A DNA stretch of 64,000 nucleotides. Origin: Lama glama (lineage: Eukaryota). This document shows positions 37,281-50,094 of this stretch, piece after piece (the first letter of the stretch is position 1; the number at the start of each line of letters is the position of its first letter). The translations under genes were made by a program, and so were the position numbers. Location of the stretch: contig CM052817.1 in NCBI GenBank assembly GCA_028534125.1, positions 7,132,001-7,196,000 of the forward strand, written 5' to 3'. The notes beneath the pieces were generated by a model. That model was not told where the DNA came from and ran no database searches. It was given only the letters and a program-made list of their open reading frames with translations.

Positions 37281-39911
37281 ATTCAAGACCCAGCTCAATA
37301 CCCCTCCTTCCAGGAGGCATGGCCACCTCTAGCACAGCTTGCCACCTTCATGGATGTCTGTCATTGCACTGGTTAAACTATATTCATCTAACTCTTTTTA
37401 CCAGGCTGCTAAAGGGTTAGGTCTGATGTTAACTTTTTCCTTCCATACCTCAACACACAGCTTGGCCCAAAACACATTCAATAGATGTCTATTTGATGTT
37501 GACTGCAGTTAGGAGAAGGGTCTGAGAGTCAAGCCATCACTGAGTCATCTATAGCATTTTATTTGAGATACTAAAATACAAAATCAAATCTTCTTGGCAG
37601 TATTTAGGGACAATAGAAACATGGACGAGCTGATCATCAGGGTCCTTCCAGATAAGATTTTCTTTTCCTTGAAGATTTCTGCTCAGGTCTCCTTGATGTA
37701 AAACTATGCTTTTTTGCACCTTGTGAGATAGTTTTAGAGAAAGACCAGTTTGTGGAAACGGCAGGTGCAGATACTTATGTCACTCCAGGGATCATTTCCC
37801 CTACTGTCTCACAGCATTTTCTGAATCATGGTCATTTTAGGGAATTTTCTGATTTGATCTGTTTTCTCATCCATGTCCATCTCCTTCTTACTGAAGTGTT
37901 TCTCATATCCGAGGCTGAAGTCAACTTGTCATTCCCTATTCCTGTGTAAACACACAGGTTCGAGCTACAATTTAAATTAAAATCACCATTCAGTGCCCCT
38001 TACTAGTTTTATTGTAGATAATAGCACATTATAAAGACCTTTGCAGACACTTATAGAGCGGAATGACTTTTTTATGTTAGTAGAAGAAATTTCTTTTTTT
38101 TAAAGTGTCAAGATGACAGTATTAAATGTGATAAACTGAATTAAAATTCCAGCCATTTCCCCATTTCCAAGTGTTTCAAACAAAATCTCTACTATGTAAA
38201 TCTAGATGGTGAATAAACATACCAATTATTTAGTAACTTATCTCCGTGGTTTGGAAATAGAGATTCAAGAATTTAGAATTAAATCCTTACATCACACACT
38301 AACAACAACCATGTCTATATTGTAAACAGCTCAATCCCATGGGAAAAATTTTGTATATATACAGTGTTAATCAAATCACCCCTGTGTCTGCTGTTGTGGT
38401 GACTTTCCAACTTGTTTCCAGGTGTAAAATATCTTTCTTTATCCTGTGCACTCTGCACTATGACTTGAGTCTTCTTTCCCAAACACAACAAGAGCATCAA
38501 CAATAAGGAAATAATCAGGTAACCATGTATGAAGCCTTGCAGATTTTTTTACACATAACACTCCATATTTTCAATATTGTGAAGTACATTAAAAACTAAA
38601 AAATGGGATGCTGGTATTTCTTGAAGTGTTTGCCTGGTTTTCCTTACATGTTGCACTGATGTCTGGATGTTCGTGAAACTTCTGATTCTCCCTTCTCTTT
38701 CAAATGAAAACAGAAACATCAATAATAATTCAATTATCATTTCCTTGATTCAAAGATGAACTAAAATTGCTATGAGGTTATACTTGGCAATTCCAACATT
38801 CTAAATTATTTCATCAAAAGTGCAAATAACAAATGATATAATTTATGATAAATTGTAAATACCTATATATTGAATAAAGTGCCATGTCACTTTGAAAATG
38901 CATCAAATCAAATACAAATTTCTGAAGGTTTTAATACTCACCATCATCAGTTTTACTACTGCATGAAAAACATCAGCTTCTTCTAACTGAATCATAGGTA
39001 ATTTGGACCAACACTGACAGTAAGAATAACCAAGAAAGATTGGATGACATTTGACAAAAATCTGCTTGAGAACATCAACAAGGAAACCAGAGAGTGAATA
39101 TTTATGGGTTCAAGATCCAGAAGAATAAATTTGATACTAAAACTGGCTTTTACAGTTTCTTTTCCTCTAATGACAACAGTTGAGTTCCAGAAAAAGCAGC
39201 TGAACTACTGAGAAGCCAAGTGGAAATTTTGACAGCCTTCCAGGGCTGCAGAGGAGGCAGATAGAGGCTTGAATACTCCAAGGAGAGGGTGCCCTAGTAA
39301 ATTTTCTGAGCTATGAACTCAGCAAGGCTGCAGCCCAGGACTAATGGTGATGTATAGACCAGCTCACACAGGGACTGAAGCCCAGCTGTGAACTGTGTGC
39401 ATCTCTAAGTAAGACTAAGTCAACACTGGATTTTTCATGCATGTATTCATCTGCCATAAGAAAGGCAAACCTGCTCTGGAGGAAGATAACCACATGCTGG
39501 GTCTCAAATTATCTCTAAAATATCTGTGTACCATGTACAGCCTTCAAAAAGAATAATATCACAAGGAGACAGGAAAAAAATCATGGAAAAACATGAAAAT
39601 CAAAAGATGATACATACTCATACGTTAGTCTAATAACAATTCACAAACTCAAATAATCAGTTTCTTAACAGGTTAGACAATGATTAGATGCAAATTAGAA
39701 ATAGTTGAAGGCTGAATATACAGCTGAAGGTGAACTGTAAGTCAGAAAAAATATAGACTATATTGTAGAGAGAAAAAATTAAAACACAAGAAATATTAGA
39801 AAAGTTATATAGAATATGGGGGACTTTTGTAAAGTATCTGATATGATGTCTCAGAAAGAGGAGCAAGAGAAAATGGGAAGAAGCAATATTTAAAGAACTG
39901 ACTGGGACACT

Positions 39912-39980
39912 GGGCTGTACACCAGAAATGGACACATTGAAACTGACTATATTTCAATAATAAAAAGACTAAAAATAAAA
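39912..39980 (+). mobile_element. Very short L1 3' terminus with A-rich tail
   Basis: gctgtacaccagaaatggacacattgaaactgactatatttcaataataaaaag. Confidence 0.65.
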
Positions 39981-40015
39981 CAAAGGAGAGACTGTCTGAA
40001 AACTGCTTGGGAAAA

Positions 40016-40568
40016 AAAAAGAATTTATGACTGAAAATTTGTACCTTTTGACCACCTTCACCAATTTCATCCACCCCCTCTCACTCCTGTCTCTGACAAC
40101 CACCAATCTGTTCTTTATATCTATGAACTCTGTTTTTATCTTTTATGATTTTTAAATATTTGGGGGAGTTAGAGTCCACACATAAATGAGATCATATGGT
40201 TATTTACTTTTTTCTTCTGATTTATTTCACTTAGCATAATGCCCTCAAGGTCCATCCATGTTGTCACAAATGGCAAGATTTTTCTTTTTTATGGCTGAAT
40301 AATATTCCTGTATATATATGTATATTATTTTATCCATTCATCCACTGATGGACACTTAGGTTGCTTCCATGTCTTGGCTATTGTAAAAGAGTAAATCTTA
40401 ACAGTGCCCACCATAAGAAAAATACTGCAAGTGTGTGTGGTGATGGGTATTAATTAGACTCACTGCAGTGATCATTTTGCAGTAAACGCAGATATCAGAT
40501 CTTGCTGTACACCTAAAACTAATATAATGTTAAATGTCAGTCATATCTCAGTTAAAAAGTAATTTATG
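40016..40568 (+). mobile_element. 5'-inverted (twin-primed) L1MA9-like insertion with TSD
   Basis: Antisense L1 3' segment ~40026-40387 joined to a sense terminal segment 40388-40553. Flanked by aaaaagaatttatg (40016-40029) and aaaaagtaatttatg (40554-40568). Confidence 0.8.
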
Positions 40569-41629
40569 CTCTGGGTTTTCTGAAATTGATGAAAGACATC
40601 AAACATCTCAGATTTATGAGGAAATAGCAAAATAACTGAGCAGGATATTCAGACAAGATTGAAAAAAATCCCAACAAAGCGTATCATAGTAAAACTGTCA
40701 AAAATCAAAAACAAAGAAAAAATTAAAAGCAGCTAGAAAACAGCCAACTAAAGAAAAAAAGGTATATTTATTAGCTTGAAAGGAAAAAAAAATGAGACTG
40801 ACAACTGACTTCTCTTCAGACACAAAGAAACCAGAAAATAATGAAATAGCGGTCTCCGAAAAGAAATAATCACTAACTTGGACATGTGTATCCAATAAAA
40901 ATACTTTAAAAATTAATAAATGAAGATGGAATGAAAGTATTTTCAACCAAAGAGACAGTAAGAGGATTTGTTGCCATCAGACTTACACTGAAAGAAATGC
41001 CAAAGGATTGACACCCTTTAGGCAAAGTCAAAATGATCTTAAAGAGACAGTTGGAGATGCAGGAAGATGTTGAGTATAGAGAGGAAAGGTGTGCACATCT
41101 AGGTGAATATTAAATACATAATAAATTAATAAGAAATATAATTAAAATATAAAATTAATAAGAATAATAATCGCTGTGACCTTTCAGATCTCTTCATGGA
41201 ATTAAAATATTTGATGGCACATACGGTTCAGAGGGGGTTCATGAAGTTAAAGTGTTCTCTGTTTCTCTTATTTCTCTCCCAGTGGAAATGTTATCAACCT
41301 TTAATAAGCCAAGGATGCCTGTAGTGATTTTTCAGGTGACTATTAAAAGAAGATGAAAAACAAACGTATAAATTTAGGGAAGGAATGAAATAAGAAAACC
41401 ATTCAATCTAAAAATAGGCAAGCACATTTAAATGTGGAAATCAAAGCTTGTGCAACAAATAGCAGAAGACAGAAGGATGCAATGTTAACCGACTACTTCT
41501 TACCTTAAAATAAACACATTAAATACTCTGATTAAATACAAATAGTTCAGTTCTGATCCCACCCCACACATACGTATCCGTTGCTTAGGAGAAAAACACA
41601 TTTAATATAAGAATATAGAAATCTGGAAT

Positions 41630-42010
41630 CAAATGCAGTGTATGAATTTGGTTAGATTACAAAACACTTTATAAGGTTTTTTTTTTCAGACGATTACAAA
41701 TGTTTAATGTTGAATGGATATTAGAGATTTTAAGGAAAAAATATTAGTTTTGTTCGTTATGGCTCATTTCACTGTGGTTATGCAAGAAAAGGCCCATGCT
41801 TTTTAAAGACGCATCCTGAATATCTTGGGTAAAATGACATGAGATCTAGACTTTAAAGCTTTTTCAAACACAACAAGAGAAAAAAGAATAAATTAGGAAA
41901 ATATTTTAAAACCTTGATAGTAATTGAATCTGGGTAACGGAAGGGATGAAATTTATTATGCTGGTATTTTATTATTGTTGATGTTTAACTTTTCATGTGA
42001 ATTTTTAAAA
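41630..42010 (+). mobile_element. L1MC/ME-type 3' UTR fragment
   Basis: tggatattagagattttaaggaa...ctgtggttatgcaagaaaa...gtaattgaatctgggtaacgg. Confidence 0.65.
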
Positions 42011-42096
42011 GGTAAGCCACAATCAAAACATAAAACAAAAAGGTAATCTTGGAGCAGGGCCCCAATGATCGTCCATTAAAAAAAAAAAGAGAGAGA

Positions 42097-42324
42097 TCAT
42101 TAACCCCTCCCCCCGAATCATATATGCTGTCAAGTATTTTAATTCCATAAAAAGTTTTGAAAGATCATAAGTTATTATTATTAATTTATTATGCAGTCAG
42201 TATTCATCTAGATGTGCACACCTTTCCTCTCTCTGTACTCAACATCTTCCTGCATCTCCAACTGTCTGTTTAAGATCATTTTGATCTTGCCTAATGGGTA
42301 TCAATCCTTTCGTATTTCTTTCAG
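42097..42324 (-). repeat. Inverted copy of 40988-41244
   Basis: Direct reverse-complement comparison within the window; see findings. Confidence 0.9.
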
Positions 42325-42639
42325 GATCCCAAATGTAAAAAATGTGCAAAATGCTAGAACTCGGGAACTCCTCAAATTCTCATTGAAGTAACTTCTAAAG
42401 GAAGTGCCTAAGGAAAAAGGCAACCTAATCCAGACAGAAAAACAAAATTCAAAAACGAAGGAGAATCACATAAATTGGTAAATTCAATAAGCTAAAAATA
42501 AAGAAGTATAAAAACATAGTAAATTATAGTAAAATAAAAAGTTGAAAAAGTGTAAATAAAACAAATTAATTAAATAGAAAACAAACAGAGTAGAGATCAA
42601 CAAGGCCAAAACTGTTACTTAAAAAAAAAAATGTAACTG

Positions 42640-44330
42640 GTAATACAGGCACAAGGTATGAATAAAATTTACATATTGAAAAGCACTTCTCTCATTCCTG
42701 TTTGCCACGAAACTACAAGCGATACATGCTAGCATATTTTTTACACAAACGTTAGCATTCTTATTTGTTTGGTTTTTTAGTTGAGACAGGCTCTTCAGAG
42801 ATTTTTCTTATCAAAACTTAAAAAAAAAAAAAAGCCACCATCTTGCAAAGCTGCATAGACTGTGTCATGCATGCGAGTCTTTCTCTATTTAACCAGCTCC
42901 CAATTGAAGCATGTTTATTTGATTTTGTTTCTCCTGTCAACCTGTTGTTCTTACACGAATGTAGATATCTGTAGGATGCATTCCTGGAATATAATTAATT
43001 CAGGCTGAAGGTAACCACATTTAAGATTTTCATTTGTTTTCTTAAATAATTTTTAAATTTACAATGCCATCAGTGATGTGTTTCTGCCCACTTTCAACAC
43101 CATTAATGTTAAACATTTTAAAACTGCCAACCTGAACATTAAAAATTTGCATCTTATGATTTTATCCTTACGACCAGTGATGAAAATATGTTCACAGGTT
43201 TAAAATTACTTTTTTCTGTGCAGTGTTGATATTTTTTGTCCATTTTTTTCCTCCTGGCTGTTGAACTTGGTCTTATTTTTTGTGAGTCCTCATTACATAT
43301 TAAATTCAAGAAATTGGTCTGTAATTAAACATGAACGTGCATGGGTGATTTTTTTCCCTTCAGTTTTTCATTTGTGCTTTAAAATTGCATATTTGGGGGC
43401 TTATTGTGATGCAAACCTTTTTGTTTTAGTTTATGTATAGTTGAAATTACAGGTTTTTTCCTCCCACAACTCTTAGGATCTATGTTAGAAATTCATTTTT
43501 TATTTCAAACACTTTTTTAATCTAATGCTTTTAAGAACATTTACGGTTTCATGTTGTTTTCTAATTTCAATATTTTGTACGAGGTACAAGGTATAGAATC
43601 TAATTTAAAAACTTTTTCCAGTGGCTATCCAGTTGTCTCAACAACAATTTTGGCATAATCTATCTTTTCTCCACTGATTTGAAATGACGCCATTTCAATA
43701 TACTAACTTTTCACGCATTAGATCTGTCCCTGGACTTCTTCTACCATTTCATTGATCTCTGACTGTTCATATGATAGTAATACACTATGTATTTATGTCC
43801 CTTTATTACAACCAACTGAACCTCCTTTAGTATTTTTCTCCTTAAATATTGTTTTGACTACTTACAATTGTTTAATTTTTCCATTCGAACTTAAGGTTTA
43901 TTTAGCGCCAATAGAATCTTTTTAGTATTTTTATCAGGTTACAGAAATGTATAATTTTGAATAAGAATTGCCATCCTTAGGAGGCTGTTTTATATTCAAA
44001 AACATAGTTTACCCTTTTATTCTGCTGAAATATATTTTTATGTCCTTGAGAGGCATTTAAAGATTTATTTACAAAGGCTTTACACAACTCTTTGCCATGA
44101 TTATAAATGGAAAATTGTATAATATTCACATATTATTATACTTATTATATTTCTTATTATATGATATGTATATTATAGTGGTTTTTGTTTGTTTACATTC
44201 CATAGCTAAGATCTTAAAGTTGAGTTTTAAACTTAAAAAAAGGAAAAGTGTCTTTATTTTATACAGTTCTGTAATTGATATTCAAAGTTTGTATTAAGGG
44301 TTTTTGTAGTAACAGTGTTATACATTTGGT
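42640..44330 (-). mobile_element. L1ME-like remnant, antisense
   Basis: tatttaaccagctcccaattg, ttccagtggctatccagttgtctcaacaac...tttctccactgatttgaaatgacgcc and aagaattgccatccttag. Confidence 0.7.
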
Positions 44331-45237
44331 GTGATTTAAGAACAGAACACATATTGCATATCCTAGTGACAGATTACTTGTGATCACTGCTTAGGTGAAA
44401 GGGTCAGGGTCCTCGGAGGAAGCCAGAAGCAGATGGAGAAGTAGATGTTGATTTGAGTAGCATCAAATTCCCTGGACAACCTCAGAAACTGCCTTGGAGT
44501 AAGTATATCATATGCAGCTTCAAAGGCATCAGAACCCAGTCAGATCTCTCACCAACAGAACTAAATCTGGCAAAGAAGAGCCTGACTGAGTCCTCGTTAA
44601 TACTGACAAAACATACTCGTGAGCGTTCGTGAGCCACTCTTTGTGTTTGCGGTGAACGGAGATGAGCTGGGGGTGAAGATAATGTAGGCATATATACTTG
44701 ACAGCTAGCCCGATCAGGGCTGTAAGTGGTGGAGACCTCATTTGTACCCCTAATCTAGCACAACGTGCAAATACATCACATGTATCACCCATACACGCGT
44801 GCATACACTCACATCACATATGCATACATAGGCATACACACTTTACAGATTGTAGCATCGGGTAGCGGGGTAGGGAAAATTAAGAAGCAAGAGCTCTTTT
44901 CTGTTTTCTGGGTGTAGCAGCCGCTATTGGGGCCCTGCTTGTAGTGGTTCTCTCTTCACTATACTCATATCTCTTCCATCTCCCAGGATCTGCATGCATT
45001 TCTGAGGCCTCCTTGTTTCCCCTTCATTTGCAAGAAGTCACTCTGTATCTAAATGAATGTTTGGTGGAATTGACGAGCCATGGGATCAGCCAAATCCTCT
45101 TATGGGTTGATGTGTAGACACTCCAGGTTCTTAGTCCCTTGGGAGGAGATAAATCTTAGGTAAAACCAATTCTGAAGTTTCCCAGCAAAATCATGCTTTA
45201 GTTGCCCATTGTGAAAGCTGAATTAATGATGCACCCT

Positions 45238-45860
45238 CTGTTGGTCAGTTCAGGCTGCCAGAACTGATGGGGTGGCTTAAATGGCTGACATTTATTTTCT
45301 TACACTTTTGAAGGCAAGAATTCCAAGATCAAGGTGCTGGGAGATCTGGTTTCTAATGAGAGCTCTCTTCCTGGCTTGCAGATGGCCACCCTCCCCTGTG
45401 TGTCCTCAAATGGTCTTCCCTCTGAGCTTGCACAGAGAGAGAAAGAGAGACAGAGGGAGAGGTCTGGTGTCTTTTTCTTTTCTTATAGGGATGCCAGTCT
45501 TAGCAGATCAGGGCCTCATCCTTAACCTTGTTTAACCTTAGTAATAGCCTTAAATGCTCCATCTCCAAATACAGTCATGTTGGGGTTNNNNNNNNNNNNN
45601 NNNNNNNNNNNNNNNNNNNNNNNNNNNNNNNNNNNNNNNNNNNNNNNNNNNNNNNNNNNNNNNNNNNNNNNNNNNNNNNNNNNNNNNTCTGGTGTCTTTT
45701 TCTTTTCTTATAGGGATGCCAGTCTTAGCAGATCAGGGCCTCATCCTTAATCTTGTTTAACCTTAGTAATAGCCTTAAATGCTCCATCTCCAAATACAGT
45801 CATGTTGGGGTTGGGGGTCTGACCTTCGAATTTGGGAGATATTCAAATCAGTCCAAAATT
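45238..45860 (-). mobile_element. MLT1A-like MaLR LTR, antisense, spanning a gap
   Basis: ggggtggcttaaat...catttattttcttacac...tccaagatcaaggtgctgg...ctggcttgcagatggccacc...atctccaaatacagtca. Confidence 0.85.
45588..45687. other. Assembly gap (100 N) flanked by a 125-bp duplicated overlap
   Basis: 45463-45587 equals 45688-45812 except for one C/T difference. Confidence 0.95.
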
Positions 45861-47009
45861 CACTCCATAATAATTGTCTTTCCTTCCCTGTTTCCTTCCT
45901 AACCATCAAGCTTTTCCCGCAAAAATAAGTCAAAACACAAAACTACTTTAATTAAAAACATTATCTATAGATATTCATGGAAAAACTAAGACATCGGCCA
46001 TAAATGATTAAAAGTGTGTATAGTAGGGGTGAGGATCTGGTCATCGGAAAAAATGTAAGAATGCTAACCTTATATATGACTTACTGGACACAAGATTTCT
46101 TGTTTAAATTTGTCTAATTTTCTATTGGAAGGCATCTGTATCTATTTTTCTATCTGTCATCTTTCTATCTTTACAGGGTTACTTTTGCAAACATCAAAAC
46201 CACACAGAATTCTCCAAGACAGTTCCCTTCAAAAGGATTCTTTGTAAATAAATTATAGGCAGAAGGCTGAAGTTTCCAACTGTTATTAAGACTCCATTCA
46301 GAGCAAAATTTGATTTTTTTTTTCTGTTTTGATAGCAGAACCCAGCAGGGTTCCGAGGCACTGGTTTTTGCAGAGCCAAATCATTATTCAGCAATCAGAT
46401 TTATTTCGAAGGCACATCAAGAATTCTCAGCTTGGAGCGATGGCCTACCTCACTCCAATTAAGGGAAGTGAGAAGCACTCATTTCCCTCATGGCCATGCA
46501 GAGATGGAGTTACCCAGGAGTGGAGGAGAAAGATGGAGATCCAATGTGCAGTTGATGAAATTCTGAGGAAACATTCTTCATGAATCTTATATATGAAGCT
46601 GAAAAATGACATGACTAATTAGGGCCTTGTGACCGGAAATGAAAGGAAATGTAGAGTTTATATGAATCTTTTCAAGACACCCTGAGGCCATGAGCTTCCT
46701 CGGTTTTCTTGGTGAACTTTGTTGGGGAATCTGCAGGCTAAGGCTCTGAAGGCAAAGATTTAAGGCATAGATCACCTGCTAATTAGTGGCAGGACTCAAA
46801 GTCATACTGTCTTCCTGGGCTTTAATTTTCTAGTATGTAATTGAAACCGTATTTTCGAGCAACTGGAAGAGATCACACATGAGGGTACTAAGGAGGCCAT
46901 AAAGAACAGTGCACTTGAGCTCTTTCAATGGCGGCTGCAAGGGATGACTTGATGCAATTGCTAATGATGGCATCCGTAGTATTACTGTTTAATGTCTGAA
47001 AACTGGTCT

Positions 47010-47330
47010 TCTCTGAGAAAGACACATCATCTCTGTGGAATCATTCCCGAGAATGCATGTCCTCAATTTAGCTGTGAGAAAAGTTTGGGCAAACTCATAC
47101 TGAAGTTTCTTCTATAAATAACTGACCAGTACTCTTCAAATCAGTTCTAGGTCATGGAAGGCAGGAAAGACTGGGAAACTGGCACAGATAAAGGAAGCTG
47201 GGAACACATGGTAACTCGACATTATTAGGATCCTAGATTCTAATCTGGAATTCTAATTTCTGGAATAGAAAGTTAAAAGGGCACTGATGGATAAACTGGT
47301 GACATCAGAATAAAGTTTGTATTTTAGTTT
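47010..47330 (+). mobile_element. L1MC/MD-type 3' UTR fragment
   Basis: aaataactgaccagtactcttcaaa...ggtcatggaaggcaggaaagactggg...aaactggtgacatcagaataaagtttgt. Confidence 0.7.
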
Positions 47331-48844
47331 TATTTTTTTTAAAAAATCAATACTGGCACAAAAATAAACATAAACAGTTTAGACCATCAAAAAGGATCAA
47401 CTAGTCAATCTAGTATTGTTTCTATAGGATTAGGAGCAAGAAAATAATTTATCCCTGCATATCAAGGGGTGACGCACATCAGTAATTTTAACAGGTGATG
47501 CATATTGCCTCTTAAACAGATCCTAGATGAATAAGCACACCAATCAAGGGAATCATTCACTTGGGTATTCTTCGTTGGTTATCCTGGAGCACATCCACGT
47601 GGACATAATATTATCATCATCCTCACCCTCAATACCGTCAGAATTCTAAAATTCCAAAAATTGAAGGTGCCGTATGGAAATCCATTCCCCCTCTCTGGGC
47701 CTCAGTTCCCCCTTTTGTAAAACTGAGTTTTATTCAAAGTTGCCTCAATGTCATTTCTAACATTTCAAAATTATTTACCATTAAAGAATGATAGGCACTG
47801 CCAAGCATGGGTGCAGAATGTGTTAACTTGAGCTGCTGCTTTAAAGCATCCATAAAACATGTCGTGTGGAAGAGAGTAAAAAAGGGGCAGCAAGAGATGG
47901 ATCACCTGGGAAATATCGATGATCCCTTTGAAAAGTCTTCATTTTAATTGGAATGTCCTGTTTCAATCTATGATAAATCTAACCTCTGAAATTCTATGTT
48001 CCAAGTGTTCTGCGTTAAGATGGTCCTATTCAAGACTGTGACACAGGATGAAAATCTCAACTGGTGTAGATTCTTTTGCAGGAATACAAATCAGGAGAAA
48101 GAAAGGGAAAATAAGAATGACCAAGTAAAGACAACTGCCCCACTGTTTTGATTTTTTTAAAGAAAATAGTGAGTTTACATAAAAAAATTTATTTTTAGTA
48201 TTCTTTATATTCTCCATAACCCATCGCTGCCTTTTCACTGAATGTCTAACACTGAGGATGGGAAAAGTTTGAATTAATGTATCAAGGCCTGCTTTTAAAG
48301 CAGTTATGTTTCAGTTCTATATTAGGAGCACAGCTGCCTTTTTTCTTATGGAAATGAGATTTTCATGTCAGAAGAAAGTTCTGGCAACTTTAAAGGAGAA
48401 AATATAGAGTATTTATAAGTGAAGGGTGCTTTTAGAATAGCAATACTTTTATTAGAGAAGAACATGCTTTTCAGATAACTGATCCAGAAATAAACATTCT
48501 GATTTTCAGATCACAGAGATGTGTCTCAACATGTTGGCTACAGTCACTGCGAGAAATTACAGCTTCCCTCTGTTTACTGTTTAGGCTTGAATCGTGTAAA
48601 CATGATCATAAATCACTTAGTTTGTGTTTGCACATGGGCTAGGCATGATTTTGCATATTCACTTTATGCGTGCTGCGATAAACTTATTTTTGCTGAATAG
48701 GTGTTTATCAAGATCATTCTGTTCAACTGAAAACAGTATTTTTTGTAAAGATGAAAACTTGTCATTTAACATTGTAAAAGCCAGGAGAACTGCAAAGGGA
48801 TCAAAGTAAACCAACCAAATACTGATCGAAAGAAAGGAAGGATT

Positions 48845-48980
48845 GGGGAGGGTATAGCTCAAGTGGTAGAGCACATGTTTTGCATGCATGAGGTTCTGGA
48901 TTCAATTCCCAGTATCTCTTCTAAAAATAAATAAATAAACCTCACAACCTCCCCCCTAAAAAACTAAAAAAAAAAAAAAT
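48845..48980 (+). mobile_element. tRNA-derived SINE (camelid Vic-1-like)
   Basis: ggggagggtatagctcaagtggtagagcacatg...gaggttctggattcaattcccagtatctct contains Pol III A-box and B-box motifs, followed by an (AAAT)n/poly-A tail. Confidence 0.85.
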
Positions 48981-49669
48981 TGACTCCATGAAATTAAAAA
49001 ACATATTAAAAATAAATAATAAATTAAATAAGGAAAGTAGAGAAAACAGGAGAAGTGAGAAAAAGAGAAAATTACCCTGAGAATTCCCCAGAGTACATGA
49101 GATGCCATGATTGGTACCCATTCTGGGCTTTTTGGTTTTTTTCCTTCATATATTGTTACTGATTGAAGTTTGGTTGGGTAGACTAGGGCAAACATACATT
49201 TAAACCAGTGGACCTTGTTTTGCATCATATTATGTTGTTAATTTTACACTTTGAGAATAATCAGAAGGTAAGTCGTTTTGATGTTCTCGCGTCCCCCAAG
49301 AAACCTGAACTTTGTGTGGTACAAGGTCTGAATTTTTGTGGTGTGAGGTCTGACCCAGGCTGGATAGAACTTAATGGTGTCTTCAAATTGTAGGCATGTG
49401 TGTTGGTTTAGAGTGAGCACGCTGAAAGAGCCACCAACTTACGAAACGGTGACATTCCTTTACTCAGCAAAGAAGGATTGGCCATCTGTTCTGTTCAAGT
49501 CACTGCCCTATGTGGGACTAGCAATGTGTACAACAGCATCTGCTCTCATAAAAGGCCCATTCTGACTGGTGGGAGATGGGCAATAAAGACACTGATGAAT
49601 GCACACATCATTTTTTAAAGGCTATGAAGAAAAATCAAACAGGGCAAGGTAAATCACCAAGGTAAACGA

Positions 49670-49880
49670 ATGCCCCATTTACTGAATGCTTACACTATAA
49701 AATCATATCATAGACTTTCCCTCCTAATGCCAATTGTCACAAAAATTAATATCATTTCCATTTTACAGAAGATGAAAGTAGAGATGCATAAATGTTGTAA
49801 CTTCAAAGTTTCACAGTACCGAAATGCAGAGTGGGATTCATACTGGCATCCTGGCCAGAGTCTTTTTCCACATCAGACAG
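49670..49880 (-). mobile_element. MIR SINE
   Basis: catttactgaatgcttac...tttccattttacagaagatgaaagtagag...gcagagtgggattca. Confidence 0.65.
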
Positions 49881-50094
49881 TCCCACTGACCTCTCAGGTA
49901 CCAGGAATAGTTTTTCTTCATTGAAAACAATTCTTTGATTCTCTCTGAGCCTCAATTGGTTTTCAACGGCAGTAGGCATTCCAGCAGATACTTTCCAGGA
50001 AGCCCAGAATTGTTTTTAAAAACATATTCATAAATCAGGACTTGTGTACAAGACAAATAGCACATGTCCAGCATGGTTAATCTGTGCTGCATTC

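Larger units (their letters stand above)
38970..41630 (+). mobile_element. Ancient L1 (L1M5/L1ME-like) 5' region, ORF1 and ORF2 start; pseudogenised and interrupted by younger L1 pieces
   Basis: ORF1-like gaagcaatatttaaagaa...(insertions)...ttttctgaaattgatgaaagacatc. atgagactgacaactgacttctcttcagacaca reads MRLTTDFSSDT, compared with the L1 ORF1p IRLTADFS motif. Confidence 0.75.

Noticed and set aside
44395..44633. Exon-like purine-rich stretch (KGQGPRRKPEADGEVDVDLSSIKFPG...)
   Set aside because: The frame is closed by a stop right at the putative acceptor and the peptide is unrecognised; not enough support.
48845..48920. Functional tRNA gene
   Set aside because: The cloverleaf and B box are degenerate and the head runs into an A-rich tail, so it is a SINE.
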